From: Candidatus Micrarchaeota archaeon
GTDB taxonomy: Archaea; Micrarchaeota; Micrarchaeia; Micrarchaeales; CABMGC01
Assembly: GCA_046536795.1 (NCBI GenBank)
Contig: JAWDMB010000002.1
Span: 178,165 to 242,164 of the forward strand
Length of the DNA: 64,000 bases
Direction: 5' to 3'
Shown here: positions 8,466-17,032 of the stretch, piece after piece
Position numbering within the stretch: position 1 is the first letter of the stretch
How the letters are laid out: each line of letters begins with the position of its first letter
Position numbers and translations under genes: made by a program
Notes under the pieces: model-generated
Told to the model about the DNA's origin: nothing
Database searches by the model: none
The model's input: the letters and a program-made list of their open reading frames with translations, nothing else

Positions 8466-10085
8466 TTATTTAACTACCGCTTCGCTCTGCTCTCTCATAA
8501 ATTGCTGAAGATAAAATTTACTTCCAGTGCCTTTTCCTGTTAGGCCGCTTCCCTTCCAGCCAACAAACGTGTGGAATCCAACAATAGCGCCTGTTGTTGC
8601 ACTTATTTCCCTGTTGACATAAAGCACTCCCGCTTCGATCTTGTCTATAAACTCTTTTATCTCGCTCTTCTTCTTGCTGTAAAAGCCAGCTGTAAGGCCG
8701 TATTCTACATCGTTTGCCATCCTTATTGCATCATCTAACTTCTTGTATGTTGTAATAACAAGGAAAGGCAAGAAAAGTTCCTCGTGGAAGAGTCTGTTTT
8801 CATGACTTATCTCGACAAGCGTAGGCTCGACATAATAGCCATTTAGTGGTAGCTTAACATCATTGCCACCATATATTATTGTACCGTTTTTCTTTGCTTC
8901 CTCTACCGCTTCGACGAATCGCTGGTGTGCCTTCTCGCTTATAAGCGGACCCATGTATACATCTTTTTCTAATGGGTTTCCTATCTTGAAAGACCTCATC
9001 TTCTCGACAAGCTTGCTTATAAATGCTTCCTTAACAGACTCATGCACATAAACTCTCGAGCATGCACTGCATTTCTGCCCGTCAAAGCCAAATGCTGCAC
9101 TTGCTATGCCTGTTGCTGCTTCATCAAGATCAGCATATTTTGAAACGATAGCAGGATTTTTGCCACCCATTTCTACTATAAATACCTTCTGCAAGCCATT
9201 GCTATAGTTCTTTGCTATCATGCTCATGCCGGTAGCTCTCGAACCTGTAAAGACTATACCACTCACTTTCTTACTCATAACGATCTCATCGCCAACTTCT
9301 GAGCCAGGGCCTGTTACGTAATTGAATACCCCATCTGGCACGCCAGCTTCTTTGAATATTTCATAGATTTTAAGGCCTGTAAGCATTGACATATTATCTG
9401 TTGATGAAGGCTTGAATACAACAGTATTGCCTGTTATTAATGCACCTGTGCTCATGCCGACTGATATAGATATTGGAAAGTTGAATGGGGCTATAACACC
9501 AAAAACACCATATGGCTTCATTGCTATTGTAACATGCTCTTCTTTTCCCGGAGCACCTTGAAAGCCTGCATGCACTTTAGCGGAACTTCCTGGAAGCTTC
9601 ACACGCCTTATATAACCTTTGTTTTTCTCCATCTCAAGTGCATAATACCTTAAGAAGTCTATTGCTTCATCTACTTCGCCAACTGATTCGTATCTTGTCT
9701 TTCCATTCTCTATGCTCAATATTGCTGCAACATTGAACTTTTCTCTAGCGAATATGTCTGCAGCTTTTCTAAATATTGCAACCCTTTCCTTATAGCTTTT
9801 TTCCCTCCATTCTGAAAATGCGGCAAGAGCAGCGTCTATTGCTTGCTGTGCATGTTCTCTCTTGCCCTTCTGGAACCTTCCTATAAGCCTCTTGTCTATA
9901 GGAGAATACTCAACAAGCTCTTCATCCGCATAGACCTCTTTACCACCTATATACATTGGAAACCTTTTGCCAAGCACCTCCTTGCTTACCCTTTCAACGG
10001 CTTCATCGAAAAGTCTATCAAATTCATCTTCTTTTCCAGCTTCAACAAATCTTCTATAAGTAAACTCATTTTCAAACTTCTGCAT
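8466..10085 (-). CDS. 1-pyrroline-5-carboxylate (L-glutamate gamma-semialdehyde) dehydrogenase, ALDH superfamily
   Basis: 539 aa. ALDH motifs FTGS, VEMGGKNP and EELFLPF are present, and AFGFDGQKCSACSR is typical of the RocA/PruA-type P5CDH subgroup. Confidence 0.8.
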   Translation of the reverse strand: MQKFENEFTYRRFVEAGKEDEFDRLFDEAVERVSKEVLGKRFPMYIGGKEVYADEELVEYSPIDKRLIGRFQKGKREHAQQAIDAALAAFSEWREKSYKERVAIFRKAADIFAREKFNVAAILSIENGKTRYESVGEVDEAIDFLRYYALEMEKNKGYIRRVKLPGSSAKVHAGFQGAPGKEEHVTIAMKPYGVFGVIAPFNFPISISVGMSTGALITGNTVVFKPSSTDNMSMLTGLKIYEIFKEAGVPDGVFNYVTGPGSEVGDEIVMSKKVSGIVFTGSRATGMSMIAKNYSNGLQKVFIVEMGGKNPAIVSKYADLDEAATGIASAAFGFDGQKCSACSRVYVHESVKEAFISKLVEKMRSFKIGNPLEKDVYMGPLISEKAHQRFVEAVEEAKKNGTIIYGGNDVKLPLNGYYVEPTLVEISHENRLFHEELFLPFLVITTYKKLDDAIRMANDVEYGLTAGFYSKKKSEIKEFIDKIEAGVLYVNREISATTGAIVGFHTFVGWKGSGLTGKGTGSKFYLQQFMREQSEAVVK

Positions 10086-10272
10086 TAGCTCACCACATAT
10101 ATATGAAATTAAAAGAATTTATTTCTATTTACAAATTTTATTGCGTTGTTTACAGGATGCACCCAAGCTTCAGAAGTTCGATAAGGGTTGCAGAGAAGTA
10201 TTCATATAGATAAGAAACGCGGCTAAAAAGGAAAGAAAAACTATTTATTATTTTCATGAGCTTATCTTTACA

Positions 10273-10992
10273 GTGGCGACCATGCAAAAATTGCTAGAAA
10301 TACAGATAGAGACCAAGGATTCAAAGATAGACCTAGAGCACTTTGTAAGCGAAGGCACTTGGAAGGATCTGCTTATAGAGCTTGTAAGGAAGAACGAGCT
10401 AGATCCATGGAATGTTGATATTATAGAAATCGCCGACAAATATATAGAGGCTGTGAAGGAGCTTAAGGTACTTGATCTTAGAATCCCAGCCAATATTATA
10501 CTTGCCGCATCTATCTTGCTCCATTTCAAGAGCGAGGCACTTTATCTTGAGCTCGAAGGCAAGCAAGAAGATGAAGAAGCTGAAGAAACAACTCAACGTA
10601 TTATTCCAGAGATTCCTCAGCTTTCATTCAGGCTCAGGCTTCCACCAAAAAGGAAGGTAACACTTGCAGAACTTATACAGGCGCTTGATGAAGCAATGAA
10701 AATAAAGGAGGTAAAGGAGCAGAAGAGAAACGAGGTCTTTACTCTGCCTATAAAATTTGAGAATAAGGATATTGAGCTTGAGCTCAACAGGGTTTTGCAA
10801 GAAATAAAAATGAGTGTTGATGAGAAAGGTATGACAACATTTTCTTCTTTGGCAAAGATCTCAAAAGGCAATGACATACTTGTTGACCTTTTTGTACCTC
10901 TTCTATATCTTGCAAACAGGGAGAAGATTATACTCTTACAGGAGCAGTTCTTCGGTGAGATAATAATAGTGCTGGGCCGATTGAATGGATGA
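10273..10992 (+). CDS. scpA: segregation and condensation protein A (kleisin)
   Basis: DPWNVDIIEIADKYIEAVKELKVLDLRIPANIILAASILLHFKSEAL is the ScpA N-terminal signature. It overlaps scpB by 8 nt. Confidence 0.8.
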   Translation: MATMQKLLEIQIETKDSKIDLEHFVSEGTWKDLLIELVRKNELDPWNVDIIEIADKYIEAVKELKVLDLRIPANIILAASILLHFKSEALYLELEGKQEDEEAEETTQRIIPEIPQLSFRLRLPPKRKVTLAELIQALDEAMKIKEVKEQKRNEVFTLPIKFENKDIELELNRVLQEIKMSVDEKGMTTFSSLAKISKGNDILVDLFVPLLYLANREKIILLQEQFFGEIIIVLGRLNG

Positions 10993-11449
10993 AGTAGATT
11001 ACAAGAAGCTCATAGAAGCCACACTATTTATGTCACAGAATGCACTTAGCGCGGGTGAGATAGGCAATATAATAGGATTAGCAAGCATAGGCAAGGTGGA
11101 GGAATTACTAAAAGCACTTGTAGAGGAATATAACGAGAGGGATACTGCACTCGAGATAATGGAGATAGGAGGCAAGTATATGCTAACCCTTAAGGAACCC
11201 TATGCAAGCAAAGTAAGCTCGCTCGCAAGTGGTCCAGAGATAAGCAAAGGGGCTCTTAGGATACTAGCTTACATAAGCAAGAATAACGGCGTACTGCAGA
11301 GCGAACTTGTAAAGATATTTGGTGACACTGTTTATGCATATGTAAAGGAGCTCATCTCAAAGGAGTTTATAGAAGCAAAAAGAAGCGGAAGAAGCAAAAA
11401 GCTCTATACAACAATAAAATTTAAGGAGTATTTTGCAGTACCAGCATAG
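10985..11449 (+). CDS. scpB: segregation and condensation protein B
   Basis: 154 aa. IEATLFMSQNALSAGEI plus a second winged-helix segment (LRILAYISKNNGVLQSEL) is the ScpB architecture. Operon with scpA. Confidence 0.8.
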   Translation: MDEVDYKKLIEATLFMSQNALSAGEIGNIIGLASIGKVEELLKALVEEYNERDTALEIMEIGGKYMLTLKEPYASKVSSLASGPEISKGALRILAYISKNNGVLQSELVKIFGDTVYAYVKELISKEFIEAKRSGRSKKLYTTIKFKEYFAVPA

Positions 11450-11460
11450 AATTTTTCTGC

Positions 11461-11514
11461 TTTTAACTCTGCTCGCGGGAAGTCCCCTTTCGCAAGATAG
11501 GGGGTGAGAGCGAG
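11461..11514 (+). repeat. left-end subterminal hairpin of the tnpB element (copy 1)
   Basis: TTTTAACTCTGCTCGCgggaagtCCCCTttcgcaagatAGGGGgtgagaGCGAG forms nested stems CTCGC/GCGAG and CCCCT/AGGGG. Confidence 0.6.
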
Positions 11515-11569
11515 TAACAGTTATAAATATAAAAGCAAACACAATAAAGATATTGTGTTGTTGACCGAC

Positions 11570-12871
11570 ATGCTTATAGAGAAGAACGAAGGGATAAGAA
11601 ATAAAGGCCGTGAGACCAGAAATAAAAGAAAAACACAGACTGCAAAGTCTTTTGAGATAAAATTTGACAAAAGTAAAATATCAAAAGAGAAATTGAGCAA
11701 TCTGCAAAGGCTGTTCCTTGAGGGCAAATGGTTTACCAATTATATTATATCTAAAGGCATAACAGATTTAGTGCCATACAGGGATTACAAGGTAAACAAA
11801 GTAAATGTAAAAGTAAAGGACAAATTTGAAGAGAGGGAACTAAGATTATTGTCTTCGCAGATGAAGCAATACATTATAAAGAGGCTACAGAACAATGTAA
11901 AGGCATTGCATGAACTTGGCAAGAAAGGCAAGAAAGTAGGAAAGATAAAAAACATAAAATCACTGCATTCCATTTTCCTAATGCAATACGGTAATACCTA
12001 CACATTAGACATGAAGAAAAGAACGCTGCACATACAGGGGCTTGGCGACTTCAAGGTTATTGGCTTAGAGCAAATACCAAATGCATGTGACATAACAACA
12101 GCAAACCTTATAGAGAGAAACGCCGACTATTTCTTGCATGTAACAGTGTATGTGCCTAAAGAAGAGAAAGTGCATAACAGAAAGGCGATAGGCATAGACC
12201 TTGGAATAAAAGATCAGATTACATTTTCAAACGGAATAAAGGTAAAGTACAATGTTGAAATGCCAAAGAGAGTAAAAAAACTATACAAGGTGTTTTCAAG
12301 GTCGCAATACAACAAGGAAACAAAAGAGCGTTCAAAAAGAGGGCAGAAAGTACTTGTAAAGATAAAGAGGGAGTTTGCACGTGAAAATAATCAGAAAAAA
12401 GACATAAACAACAAGATTGCCCATTATGTTGCTATGAACTATGAATTTGTTGCTTATCAAAACGACCCAATAAATGAATGGCAAGGGCTTTTTGGAAGAA
12501 GAATCTACCAAACTTCCATTGGAGGATTCCGCGATACCTTGAAAAGAAAGGTCAGCACTCCTTTGGAAGTGGGCATGTTCGCAAAAACAACAGGCATATG
12601 CATGTACTGCGGTTATTCGCTGCATTTGAACCTGTCTGAGCGCGTGTTCAAGTGTCCTTCCTGCGGGCATGTGCAGGACAGAGATGTAAGTGCAGCGAAG
12701 GCAGTAGAAGGACTTTCCCTACGGAACGTAGGGGAGACGCTCGCAGATGATGATGCCTCTACAATTAGCATGCTGGAATATCTAAAATATATTCCACATG
12801 TGAAAGCAAGCATCGCAGGTGAAGCGAGAAGCCCCAAACAAGCGGATGGTGCTCAAGAAGCCCATCCGTAA
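11570..12871 (+). CDS. tnpB: TnpB (IS605 OrfB-type RNA-guided nuclease family), RuvC-II Glu replaced by Gln
   Basis: RuvC-I is IGIDLGIKD, the zinc ribbon is CMYCG..CPSCG and RuvC-III is HVQDRDVSAAKAV. The C-terminal ..AGEARSPKQ..EAHP tail is typical of archaeal TnpBs. The expected E-D/N-L strand reads AYQND (CAA at 12458-12460). ATG 11570 is preferred over the track's GTG 11504, which lies inside the left-end hairpin. Confidence 0.85.
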   Translation: MLIEKNEGIRNKGRETRNKRKTQTAKSFEIKFDKSKISKEKLSNLQRLFLEGKWFTNYIISKGITDLVPYRDYKVNKVNVKVKDKFEERELRLLSSQMKQYIIKRLQNNVKALHELGKKGKKVGKIKNIKSLHSIFLMQYGNTYTLDMKKRTLHIQGLGDFKVIGLEQIPNACDITTANLIERNADYFLHVTVYVPKEEKVHNRKAIGIDLGIKDQITFSNGIKVKYNVEMPKRVKKLYKVFSRSQYNKETKERSKRGQKVLVKIKREFARENNQKKDINNKIAHYVAMNYEFVAYQNDPINEWQGLFGRRIYQTSIGGFRDTLKRKVSTPLEVGMFAKTTGICMYCGYSLHLNLSERVFKCPSCGHVQDRDVSAAKAVEGLSLRNVGETLADDDASTISMLEYLKYIPHVKASIAGEARSPKQADGAQEAHP

Positions 12872-12905
12872 GGGGGTAGTTCACTAGCTTTCAAGCTTCA
12901 AAGTT
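12700..12905 (+). ncRNA. putative omega-RNA (reRNA) overlapping the tnpB 3' end; extent not determinable by eye
   Basis: In characterised TnpB systems the guide RNA derives from the 3' end of tnpB plus the right end. A 7-bp stem at 12843-12868 followed by TAAGGGGG is present here. There is no expression evidence. Confidence 0.3.
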
Positions 12906-12917
12906 GAGGTTTTCTTC

Positions 12918-13454
12918 TCAGTAGCTTGGATGAGCTTCTTCAATACCTTCAATCTTATTTAAATAGAGTGCAGCGACGAAGAGATAGGATGAAAGCCTAT
13001 TGATGTATCTTATTATTTCACTGTTTACACTATACTTCCTTGCGGCGCGGACTATACTGCGCTCTGCCCTTCTTGCGATCGCCCTAGAAAGATGTAAATA
13101 CGCGGCGCCCTCTGCACCTCTTGGAAGCACAAATTTCCTAAGTTCGCCAACCACTTCTGCAAGATCCTCTATACTATCCTCGAGCCTCTTAACAGGCTCC
13201 GGACCAAAACTTTTTACTTTGTTCTTTGTTAGGGTAGATGCAAGGTCAGCACCAAGAATGAAAAGATCATTCTGTATGTTATCAAGCTCTTTTCTAACTT
13301 TCTCATCATGTATATAGAATAGTGCAATTCCAATGCTACTATTAAGCTCGTCTACAGAGCCTAGAGCCTCAACTAGCAAGTCATCCTTTGGCACATTACC
13401 GTAGTTCATTAGATTTGTTGTGCCGTTGTCACCATTGCCTGTATAAAATTTCAT
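12918..13454 (-). CDS. ATP:cob(I)alamin adenosyltransferase, PduO type
   Basis: 178 aa. The N-terminal MKFYTGNGDNGTTNL and the helical bundle with RRAERS match the PduO/MMAB-type adenosyltransferase. Confidence 0.8.
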   Translation of the reverse strand: MKFYTGNGDNGTTNLMNYGNVPKDDLLVEALGSVDELNSSIGIALFYIHDEKVRKELDNIQNDLFILGADLASTLTKNKVKSFGPEPVKRLEDSIEDLAEVVGELRKFVLPRGAEGAAYLHLSRAIARRAERSIVRAARKYSVNSEIIRYINRLSSYLFVAALYLNKIEGIEEAHPSY

Positions 13455-13515
13455 GCAATCAATATAAAATAGTTAATCAATATTTAAAATATTATTTCAC
13501 TCTAAATTTGGATAT

Positions 13516-13587
13516 GGGCCTGTAGTCGAGTGGTAAGACGCCTCTTTCACAGAGAGGAGATCCGGAGTCCGATTCTCCGCGGGCCCA
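13516..13587 (+). tRNA. tRNA-Val(CAC)
   Basis: Acceptor GGGCCTG/CGGGCCC (one G-U), anticodon arm CCTCT-TTCACAG-AGAGG, T arm CGGAG-TCCGATT-CTCCG (C at position 55). No encoded CCA. Confidence 0.9.
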
Positions 13588-13664
13588 CATAGGTATTTTA
13601 AAAATTTAATTAAAGTTACAGGCTGTTAGGCCCGTTCTACGAGAATAGCACGTATCCAAAAGTA

Positions 13665-14351
13665 TTATAAGCGCATTATGCTCAAAGTCACATCCTTTAA
13701 CAACTGATTAAGTCTTAGCCTGCTTGCCTCAGCCTGTATTGTTCTGTACTCGCTTTCTTTCAGTGCTATTATCTCGCCACGCTTTATGCCAAGAACTTTT
13801 ATAGCGATCTCTAGATCTGGAAGCTTCTCCTCTAAGCTTGCACTCTGTATGATATAGGTATTGAACATCTCTTCGCTACCTATAATATCACTGTACTTTT
13901 TAATGCTTGGCTCTAGCAATACAAACTTGTGCTCCTTGTTCTCTTTTGGTATGTTAAGCTTTGAAAGATCAAGCAGCTCTGCACTTCCTTTTATTCCGCG
14001 CCTCTTTGCTATTTCCTCTACAGCTTTTTTCTGCAGTTCTGTATTTATTTTTTCTAGCTCTTCTACCGTTGCAAATTTTTCTCCTTTAAATTTATCTACA
14101 AGCACCTCTCCAGCCAGATCAAGTCTTAACTTACCGCTCAATGCTGCTGCAACGCTCTTCATAGCACCACAGTCTGTATGTGTTATTACCTTTATTTCAG
14201 TAATATTCTCATTATTCAGCAATGTATCTACTGTATTTTTTACAGCATAGAGATTTGCTCCGGCGTTTCTAAGAAAGATTGTATTGCCATCATTTAGCGA
14301 ATCAAGGTATTCATTTAGCCTTCTATCCATGCATGAAAGCACAAGTCTCAT
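13665..14351 (-). CDS. beta-carbonic-anhydrase-like protein with an extra C-terminal domain
   Basis: Preferred start is MRLVLSCMDRRL. SCMDRR ... RNAG ... ITHTDCGAM resembles the Cys/His/Cys zinc site pattern (CxDxR, HxxC) of beta-class CA-like proteins. About 110 further residues have unknown function. Confidence 0.45.
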   Translation of the reverse strand: MRLVLSCMDRRLNEYLDSLNDGNTIFLRNAGANLYAVKNTVDTLLNNENITEIKVITHTDCGAMKSVAAALSGKLRLDLAGEVLVDKFKGEKFATVEELEKINTELQKKAVEEIAKRRGIKGSAELLDLSKLNIPKENKEHKFVLLEPSIKKYSDIIGSEEMFNTYIIQSASLEEKLPDLEIAIKVLGIKRGEIIALKESEYRTIQAEASRLRLNQLLKDVTLSIMRL

Positions 14352-14405
14352 TGCCTCACCTAAAACATAGAATAATAGAATTTTCCATTCTAATTTATAA
14401 ATGAT

Positions 14406-15017
14406 ATGGCAGACGATGCAAAGGAGAGAAAAAGCAATGAAGATATTGAAACATTGAAGAGATATAACCAACTATATTTAGAGATAATAATGCGCTACAA
14501 AGAGTGTATAGAAGAAAATGAGAACCTTTATGTTGCCGAACTGCCAAAGTTAATAACACCTGATAATGAGAGTGTTGTGGGCTTGGCTAACAAGATAAAG
14601 AGTCAATTCCCTATCTATAACTATAATGAGAATTTTCCAGATGCGGTGAAAATTGCTTATAGTTATGTAAGAGATAATATTCTTCTCGTAAATCTACCTA
14701 TACAATTCTGGCTTAAGCCAGAAGAAGTAATAAGATGTGGTGCGGGAGATATTTTTGATAAGGCTACGCTCCTTTGTAGCATAATTATAGCACTTGGCAA
14801 CGTTTCTACGAAACTTATTATAAAAGTAGAAGATAATGAGAGAGAATTTGTTGTTTATTCCGAGTTTAACAATGGCATAATAGCTGTTGACCTTGAAAGA
14901 GGTGTTAAAGAATATAAGAATAGGGAAGAACTATTAAAGGCGATGGGAGTATACGAAGAAAACGAGGAGATGAATGTGTATGAGTTCAATGACAAGATGT
15001 ATAATTCAATAATCTAG
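14406..15017 (+). CDS. hypothetical protein, weak transglutaminase-like core
   Basis: 203 aa. RCGAGDIFDKATLLCSIIIALG resembles the Cys-containing helix of transglutaminase-like proteins, but no clear His/Asp partners were seen. Confidence 0.3.
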   Translation: MADDAKERKSNEDIETLKRYNQLYLEIIMRYKECIEENENLYVAELPKLITPDNESVVGLANKIKSQFPIYNYNENFPDAVKIAYSYVRDNILLVNLPIQFWLKPEEVIRCGAGDIFDKATLLCSIIIALGNVSTKLIIKVEDNEREFVVYSEFNNGIIAVDLERGVKEYKNREELLKAMGVYEENEEMNVYEFNDKMYNSII

Positions 15018-16057
15018 AATGTCTCTACCCTAGGCCAGTTTATCTCCTCATGTATTGTATTTACTTCTTCTGTAGTTTTTGAAAGCCTGCTATATGACAA
15101 TGTTCCTATAGTAAGAAATGCTATCAAACTAACTGCTAGAAGGTAAGTTGAGTTCATAGTAAGGTATTCATAGCTTACTATAACGAGTATAAATGCGTTT
15201 ATCGCCCAGCTTAAATAAAACCATCTATTGCTCTTTCCAAATAGTATAAGGCCGGCAAGTGCTGAAAAGATTACAATTAAAAGATTCACGAATGAAAGGC
15301 CATAGCTATAAGTAAGTGAATTTAGAAACCCAGCAAATCCAACACTGCTTATATACTTAACAAGGAACTTTGCTTGAGGATATATGAAATAGCCCATTAT
15401 CGCTGCGTTTGCAAGCAGGAAAAAGCTTGATATCGCTACAAACGAATTAAAGTTTACCTCCTTTAAATTAGGTGCTTGGCCCGCTACTTTATCTATGTCT
15501 TCAAGGCAATAGAAAGCACCGTTGTATTCTACTAAATCAGCATAGCAGAACGGCCTTTTACAATAATTACATATAGCATATGCAGGCCTCCAAGGATGAT
15601 TCACACATACCATATCTTTTGCGGCTTCAATACTTTCCCTCTCTACCTTTGTATATTTTTTAGTAGCTTTTTCTTGCACCTCTTTTTGTTGCATAGTTGG
15701 GGTTAAGAGTGGAAAGTTCATTTCTTCCTTTTCCTCGGGGGTTGGTATATTTGCAACATTCAAAATCTCTTCCTTTGCTATTCCAACCTTCACCTGAGCA
15801 AAAGTTTGCTCGGGCTTTGGCTGCGCCTGCTTAGCTTGTGTCTGAATCTGAGATTGTGGCACCTCAAGTTTTGGAGCTTGTGTTTGTGCATGAATCTGAG
15901 GTTGCGAGACTTGTTGCTGAGGCTGCTGTGCTATACTAGGCCCTATTTGCGGCTGAGGCTTTACCTGAGGCTGTGCAAACTTTTTGCTTGGAGAAGCAGC
16001 AGTAGTAGTCATCCCCCTAAGCTTAAAGATAAGAAGCTCATTGGGGTCAACAACCAC
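15014..16057 (-). CDS. membrane protein with Q/P-rich N-terminus and a B-box-like zinc finger
   Basis: 347 aa. It has a low-complexity QPQ region, then CVNHPWRPAYAICNYCKRPFCYADLVEYNGAFYC, then about 5 TM helices. Confidence 0.5.
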   Translation of the reverse strand: MVVDPNELLIFKLRGMTTTAASPSKKFAQPQVKPQPQIGPSIAQQPQQQVSQPQIHAQTQAPKLEVPQSQIQTQAKQAQPKPEQTFAQVKVGIAKEEILNVANIPTPEEKEEMNFPLLTPTMQQKEVQEKATKKYTKVERESIEAAKDMVCVNHPWRPAYAICNYCKRPFCYADLVEYNGAFYCLEDIDKVAGQAPNLKEVNFNSFVAISSFFLLANAAIMGYFIYPQAKFLVKYISSVGFAGFLNSLTYSYGLSFVNLLIVIFSALAGLILFGKSNRWFYLSWAINAFILVIVSYEYLTMNSTYLLAVSLIAFLTIGTLSYSRLSKTTEEVNTIHEEINWPRVETF

Positions 16058-16066
16058 TTTTACACC

Positions 16067-16294
16067 TCAAATGCCCTTCTTTCTTTCTAGCATTTCCTTT
16101 TTCTTTTCGAATATCTTTGCGTGCTTTGCACAGCTGATGCAGTAGTAAACCTTTCTTCTCTCGAAGAATTTAACATCATTTCCTGTATGTGTTTCGGTGT
16201 CAAACCTTATTATCTTCTCAAATACTACTGCCTTACTTCTTGGAATTTTTCTTCCACAGTTATCACAAGTAACTAGCGGTTCTTTTCCTCTCAA
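16067..16294 (-). CDS. rps26e: ribosomal protein eS26
   Basis: 75 aa. CDNCGRKIPRSKAV ... YYCISCAKHAKI matches the two Cys pairs and spacing of S26e. Confidence 0.7.
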   Translation of the reverse strand: MRGKEPLVTCDNCGRKIPRSKAVVFEKIIRFDTETHTGNDVKFFERRKVYYCISCAKHAKIFEKKKEMLERKKGI

Positions 16295-16417
16295 TAAAAC
16301 ACCTTTCTTACTCTTTATTTACCTATTTAAGTTTATATACCTTCCTAAAAGAGAGCTTACACATGCATTAACAAAAAGTTATTAAAGTTGTTTTGAGTCT
16401 TTAAATTTGGTGATATT

Positions 16418-17032
16418 TTGAAGATCTATATAATAGGGGATAATGCTGATGAAATAGACAATGCTGTTGAGATAATTTCTAATAAAAACGCTGATATAGG
16501 TGTTATAGCAAAAGAGGTAAGTAATAATGAGCAGCTAAGCAAGGAGGTTGCTGATTCAGTAGGCAAAGGCTATGTTGCATTGCTTGTTAATGACCCTGTA
16601 GGGGCAAATATAAACTTAAATAAGCTTCAAAATGTTAACGCGGTGCCTTGCAGCAGCAAAGAAGATGTATTCGCAGCAAAGAAGAATAATGCAAACGCAA
16701 TAATAATAAAAGATCTATCAAGGAAAGAAGAGATATTATCTGCTCTTATAGAAGATATTAACGAGAAAAAGGAAGATAGACCTAGAAAAAGAAGAGTTGA
16801 AAAATTAAAAGAAGAAGCTGAAGGAAATGAATCAACAGAAGGTAAAGAAGAAGAATTAAGCAAAGAAGGCAATAAAAAAGAGGAAACTGAAGCGGTTTCA
16901 GAGGGCGAAGATAAAAAGGCAAGTAACGAAGGTGAAGAAGTAGCTAGTGAAGAAAAAGAAGCTAAGCATAAAAAAGGCTTCTTTGAAAACATAAAGGATG
17001 CGCTTGGAATAATTGACAAAAAAGGTGATTAG
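16418..17032 (+). CDS. hypothetical protein: degenerate RpiB/LacAB-like domain plus E/K-rich tail
   Basis: GYVALLVNDPVGANINLNKLQNVNAVPCSSKEDVFAAKKNNANAIIIK follows the RpiB pattern but lacks the CGTGIG catalytic segment. The C-terminal 90 aa are Glu/Lys low complexity. Confidence 0.5.
   Translation: MKIYIIGDNADEIDNAVEIISNKNADIGVIAKEVSNNEQLSKEVADSVGKGYVALLVNDPVGANINLNKLQNVNAVPCSSKEDVFAAKKNNANAIIIKDLSRKEEILSALIEDINEKKEDRPRKRRVEKLKEEAEGNESTEGKEEELSKEGNKKEETEAVSEGEDKKASNEGEEVASEEKEAKHKKGFFENIKDALGIIDKKGD

Larger units (their letters stand above)
11461..12905 (+). mobile_element. IS200/IS605-family, tnpB-only (IS1341-type) element; boundaries approximate
   Basis: A left-end imperfect hairpin (11461-11514) recurs at 52189-52242. 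The element has a TnpB ORF, a 3' stem CGGATGG/CCATCCG (12843-12868) and no tnpA. It is inserted between scpB and a convergent gene. Confidence 0.6.

Noticed and set aside
10158-10192. An imperfect hairpin, TGCACCC-(19 nt)-GGGTTGCA, in the divergent spacer between the P5C dehydrogenase gene and scpA.
   Set aside because: It is a single short stem with a bulge and a large loop. There is no second copy and no recognisable riboswitch or operator pattern, so the evidence is too weak to call.
15800-16000. Short imperfect DNA repeats (GCTGAGGCT / CTGAGGTTG-like units), considered as a tandem repeat or CRISPR-like array.
   Set aside because: The units are irregular, have no spacers, and are in frame within a long ORF. 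They encode the Q/P-rich low-complexity region of 15014-16057.
16780-16990. A GAA/GAAG-rich repetitive stretch.
   Set aside because: It is the coding sequence of the Glu/Lys-rich tail of ORF 16418-17032, not a separate repeat element.
17030-17032. The TAG between the two in-frame ORFs as a pyrrolysine or reassigned sense codon.
   Set aside because: TAG is used as an ordinary stop by well-supported genes in the window, for example at 1604-1606 and 63898-63900. No pyl genes or PYLIS-like context were seen. Non-canonical initiation, a gene split or a sequencing error are more likely.
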